From: an uncultured Candidatus Saccharibacteria bacterium
GTDB lineage: Bacteria; Patescibacteriota; UBA1384; CAYGGE01
Direction of reading: 5' to 3'
Length of the DNA stretch: 34,204 nucleotides
NCBI GenBank assembly: GCA_964592905.1
Contig: CAZQGJ010000003.1
Location: 1-34,204, forward strand
Part shown: positions 31,604 to 34,204 of the stretch, in pieces
Layout of the letters: the number at the start of each line of letters is the position of its first letter
Position numbering within the stretch: the first letter of the stretch is position 1
Position numbers and translations under genes: made by a program
The notes under the pieces: model-generated
What the model saw: only the letters and a program-made list of their open reading frames with translations
What the model was told of the DNA's origin: nothing
The model's database searches: none

Positions 31604-33064
31604 ATGCTTGAACTGATCAATCCTCTTAATCTTAGTTTGGTAGCCATTGGCTTAGTCGTCGCTTATTGGTTAGCCCGCTGGATCGCTCCCGACCCGAGTC
31701 GCGGCATCTATCTGATCGCTTTCTTTTTACCGTTCGAGCGGATTCCTAGTCTGGAGCTGGCCGGCTTTACCTTTAAGATCAATCACTTTCTGGGTATTCT
31801 GACCTTTGTCCTGTGGCTTGGCGCTTTGCTGGTGGCTAAGCATAAACTAATGCCGCATCCCTTTACCTGGCTAATCGTTAGCTTATTTTTTAGCTTTATC
31901 ATTTCGGGTCTCGGGGCCGAGAACTCGTTTAGACAGCTAACCGTTATGATCTCGCTTGGCCTAATGGCGGTCTTACACTTTGTGACCGTCGGCAATATTC
32001 GAAAGAGCGAGGACTTAAAGATTATTAGTCGGCTGATCCTGATCAGTGCCGGCCTGATGAGCCTGATCGGTCTGTATCAATTCTTTGGCGATCTCGCTGG
32101 CTTGCCCTTGGGCGTCACCGGTCTTGATCCGGGCTATGCGCAGGGCGTCTTCGGCTTTCCTCGAGTCCACTCCTTTTCTAAAGAGCCGTTGTATTACGCT
32201 AACTACCTCTTTATTCCACTTGGTATCGTTGCCTCGTTACTTTTGGCTGCTCGACAGGATAAACGGCGGTCACAAAGCTCAACTAGCTCGGTCACGCCTG
32301 TCAAGGATTTCTCGAAGGATTTCTCGATCGAGTCGATCTTGCCCTACCCTTGGCTAATAACCACTCTCGCCCTAATCGGGATCAACTTTATCTTAACGCT
32401 CTCTCGCGGCGCCTATTTAGCGGCAGTGCCATTTGCCCTAACCTTATTGGCCGTTTATTTCCGTCAGTTCTTTACTTGGCGAAATCTACTAGTCACCGCC
32501 TTGGTGAGCGTCGTGGTTTTAGCGACAAGTTATCAGATAGTTAACTCGGTCAGTCCAGAATCTTTAGAAAGATTCATCGAGCATGCCACACTCGGCGATG
32601 TTTTGCGCACCAAAACCGGCGAATCGGGCTTTGGTCGGCTCAACGCCTTTGAACAGGCAGTGAACGCTTGGCAGGATAAACCTGTCTTTGGCATCGGCCT
32701 CGGCAACTTTGGGCCGCATATCCTGGCCTACCCCGAGGTCAAACCTGATCGAGGCTGGGATATCGTCAATAATGAGTATCTCGAACTGTTAGCCGAATCT
32801 GGTTTGGTCGGACTTGGCCTTTGGCTATCGCTCTGCCTAGCGGTGATCGTCCGTTCCGTCATTGCCTATCATCGAGCCACCGATCAACTGGCCAAAATCA
32901 TGGTGGCCGGCTTACAGGCGGCCTGGGTGGGTATTCTCGTGCAATACAACTTCTTTTCCACCCTCTATATTATTCATATTTGGGTAGTGATGGCTCTTTT
33001 GATAGCCAGTCAAAATATTGCCTTGACTAGTGCTCAAGCGTCCAAAGTCAGAACATCAGCATAA
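31604..33064 (+). CDS. O-antigen ligase/polymerase family (Wzy_C) membrane protein
   Basis: 486-aa polytopic protein with LTLSRGAYLAA and a large external loop followed by NNEYLELLAESGLVGLGLWL, typical of the PF04932 family. Confidence 0.75.
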   Translation: MLELINPLNLSLVAIGLVVAYWLARWIAPDPSRGIYLIAFFLPFERIPSLELAGFTFKINHFLGILTFVLWLGALLVAKHKLMPHPFTWLIVSLFFSFIISGLGAENSFRQLTVMISLGLMAVLHFVTVGNIRKSEDLKIISRLILISAGLMSLIGLYQFFGDLAGLPLGVTGLDPGYAQGVFGFPRVHSFSKEPLYYANYLFIPLGIVASLLLAARQDKRRSQSSTSSVTPVKDFSKDFSIESILPYPWLITTLALIGINFILTLSRGAYLAAVPFALTLLAVYFRQFFTWRNLLVTALVSVVVLATSYQIVNSVSPESLERFIEHATLGDVLRTKTGESGFGRLNAFEQAVNAWQDKPVFGIGLGNFGPHILAYPEVKPDRGWDIVNNEYLELLAESGLVGLGLWLSLCLAVIVRSVIAYHRATDQLAKIMVAGLQAAWVGILVQYNFFSTLYIIHIWVVMALLIASQNIALTSAQASKVRTSA

Positions 33065-33118
33065 GAATAACAAAGCTGGCGCCAAGAAGCTAACGCCTAA
33101 AAAGGCCAAAAAATAAGC

Positions 33119-33148
33119 TTGCCAGCCGATAGCTCAACCTGATAGACT
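33119..33148 (+). promoter_or_regulatory. Candidate promoter TTGCCA-18-TAGACT with the -10 box 6 nt from the ATG (leaderless-type)
   Basis: TTGCCA lies at 33119-33124, followed by an 18-nt spacer and TAGACT at 33143-33148, then AAAGCC and the ATG at 33155. Confidence 0.3.
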
Positions 33149-33154
33149 AAAGCC

Positions 33155-34204
33155 ATGATCTGGTTAATCGCTCTAACGGTCTTGGCGTTACCAAGCTATC
33201 TCTATCGTATTAGTTTATTTGGCGTGCCGACTACGGCTTTAGAGCTGATTATCTACCTGACAGCCCTCTGTTTATTAATCCGCCAACCGATTAAAGTGAC
33301 CCTAGAAAACTGGTCAAAGTATTGGCGAATCTGGCGCTGGCCATTAGGTTTCATCGGTATCGGGGCACTAATCGCCGTCTGGCAAGGCGATCAACTGGCT
33401 AAAAGTATTGGCCTATTCAAGGCTTTTATCTTTGATCCGTTAGTCGTTTTAGCCATCTTAACCGGAGTCGACCGATTAGATTATCGACGGCCGATCGTTT
33501 GGGCGTCCTTAATGCTCATGGCGGTCATGGCACTGTCCGTCAGCTTTGGCGGTCAGACTCTAGACGGTCGCAGTCTGGGTGTTTACGGGCTCGACACCAC
33601 CGCTAGCCCTAATTTCTTAGCTCTCTTAGTCGCCCCGCTAACGACTTGGTTTGTCGCTTTAGCCTGGCGCTATCGCCACAGCGAATCTACTGGGCTAAAT
33701 CGAGTCGAGTTCGTGCTCTGTCTCTCGGCAATACTTTTGGGTATCTACACTCTAGAGGCCAGCGGCAGCCGGGCTGGTGCTCTGGCGACCGCCTTGGCCA
33801 GTCTGGTGACTATCGGTTTGAGTTGGCGACAAGAGCTACCACCCTCATCAAAAACACGACGAACAATGCAATTTGCCACGCTCGCTCTAGCGATACTGGT
33901 TATAGGGGTGGGTGTCTGGCAAGCCAGACCAAACTTTGGCCCAGATGCCACCACCAGACAGGCGACCAGTAATAATTTGCGCTTCGAGATCTGGCAAACA
34001 ACGGTCAGCGAGATCTTGCCAGAGCACTGGCTCTTCGGTCATGGCTTAGGCGATTACCAGCGGGTCTTTGCGGCAAAAACCGCCGACCGACCCAATTTTG
34101 TGGCCTATATCACGCCTTGGGCCTATAGTCCGCACAATCTCTGGCTGAATCTTTGGGTCAATTTTGGCCTATTAGGCCTGATCGGTTTTAGCTGGCTACT
34201 CTGT
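33155..34204 (+). CDS. Second O-antigen ligase/polymerase family (Wzy_C) membrane protein, 3'-truncated by the window edge
   Basis: This ORF is absent from the ORF track because no stop is reached. I translated all 350 codons by hand from the ATG at 33155 and found no stop; an in-frame TAG lies at 33143. It is polytopic, with LEASGSRAGALAT and SPHNLWLNLWVNFGLLGLIGF motifs. Confidence 0.75.
   Translation, partial: MIWLIALTVLALPSYLYRISLFGVPTTALELIIYLTALCLLIRQPIKVTLENWSKYWRIWRWPLGFIGIGALIAVWQGDQLAKSIGLFKAFIFDPLVVLAILTGVDRLDYRRPIVWASLMLMAVMALSVSFGGQTLDGRSLGVYGLDTTASPNFLALLVAPLTTWFVALAWRYRHSESTGLNRVEFVLCLSAILLGIYTLEASGSRAGALATALASLVTIGLSWRQELPPSSKTRRTMQFATLALAILVIGVGVWQARPNFGPDATTRQATSNNLRFEIWQTTVSEILPEHWLFGHGLGDYQRVFAAKTADRPNFVAYITPWAYSPHNLWLNLWVNFGLLGLIGFSWLLC

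Noticed and set aside
33646-33972. ORFs of 108 aa (plus strand) and 69 aa (minus strand) inside the terminal region.
   Set aside because: Both are nested in the 350-codon open frame from 33155, which encodes a coherent Wzy_C-type membrane protein.
1-34204. CRISPR arrays, transposases, integrases, prophage genes, toxin-antitoxin pairs and known defence-system genes.
   Set aside because: I found no short direct-repeat/spacer arrays and no ORF with nuclease, helicase, reverse-transcriptase, recombinase or transposase motifs. The window consists of envelope, tRNA and housekeeping genes.

Overview
This 34.2 kb window is densely coded and dominated by cell-envelope genes. All calls were made by eye, from motifs remembered rather than searched. 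Gene content suggests a monoderm-type, possibly CPR/Patescibacteria-like, bacterium, but that placement is low-confidence inference. TGA acts as a stop codon in several ATGA start/stop overlaps, so the standard code 11 applies.

Contents, left to right:
- A GtrA fragment, tRNA-Ser(GCU), a DUF1801 protein and a large GT-C-like membrane protein.
- A block at about 3.0-6.25 kb with clearly lower GC. It holds two membrane proteins, tRNA-Arg(GCG), an MBL-fold hydrolase and a histidine phosphatase.
- A 1556-aa secreted S8 subtilase fused to 8 FG-GAP-type repeats and 4 tandem Ig-like domains.
- A small ORF, an FtsB/DivIC-like gene and a 710-aa lamin-tail-domain surface protein.
- tRNA-Ile(UAU), a YkuD L,D-transpeptidase, and a family-4-like UDG whose stop overlaps the start of an RNase J carrying a roughly 277-aa low-complexity N-terminal extension.
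- A stand-alone NMP-kinase-like gene.
- A 14 kb glycan locus: rmlA-C-B-D, Wzx flippase, 3 GT-B transferases, a GT2 transferase and two O-antigen-ligase-family (Wzy_C) proteins. Two paralogous membrane-anchored glycoside-hydrolase-like proteins in inverted orientation bracket the rml-to-GT2 block.

I found no CRISPR array, transposase, integrase, prophage or recognisable defence system.

The best candidates for uncharacterised biology are:
- the GH-like paralog pair with the dual Wzy_C glycan locus
- two tRNAs with anticodons that are rare in bacteria, Ile-UAU and Arg-GCG
- the extended RNase J
- a recurrent -10 box exactly 6 nt upstream of the ATG, suggesting leaderless mRNAs
- the low-GC islet that contains tRNA-Arg
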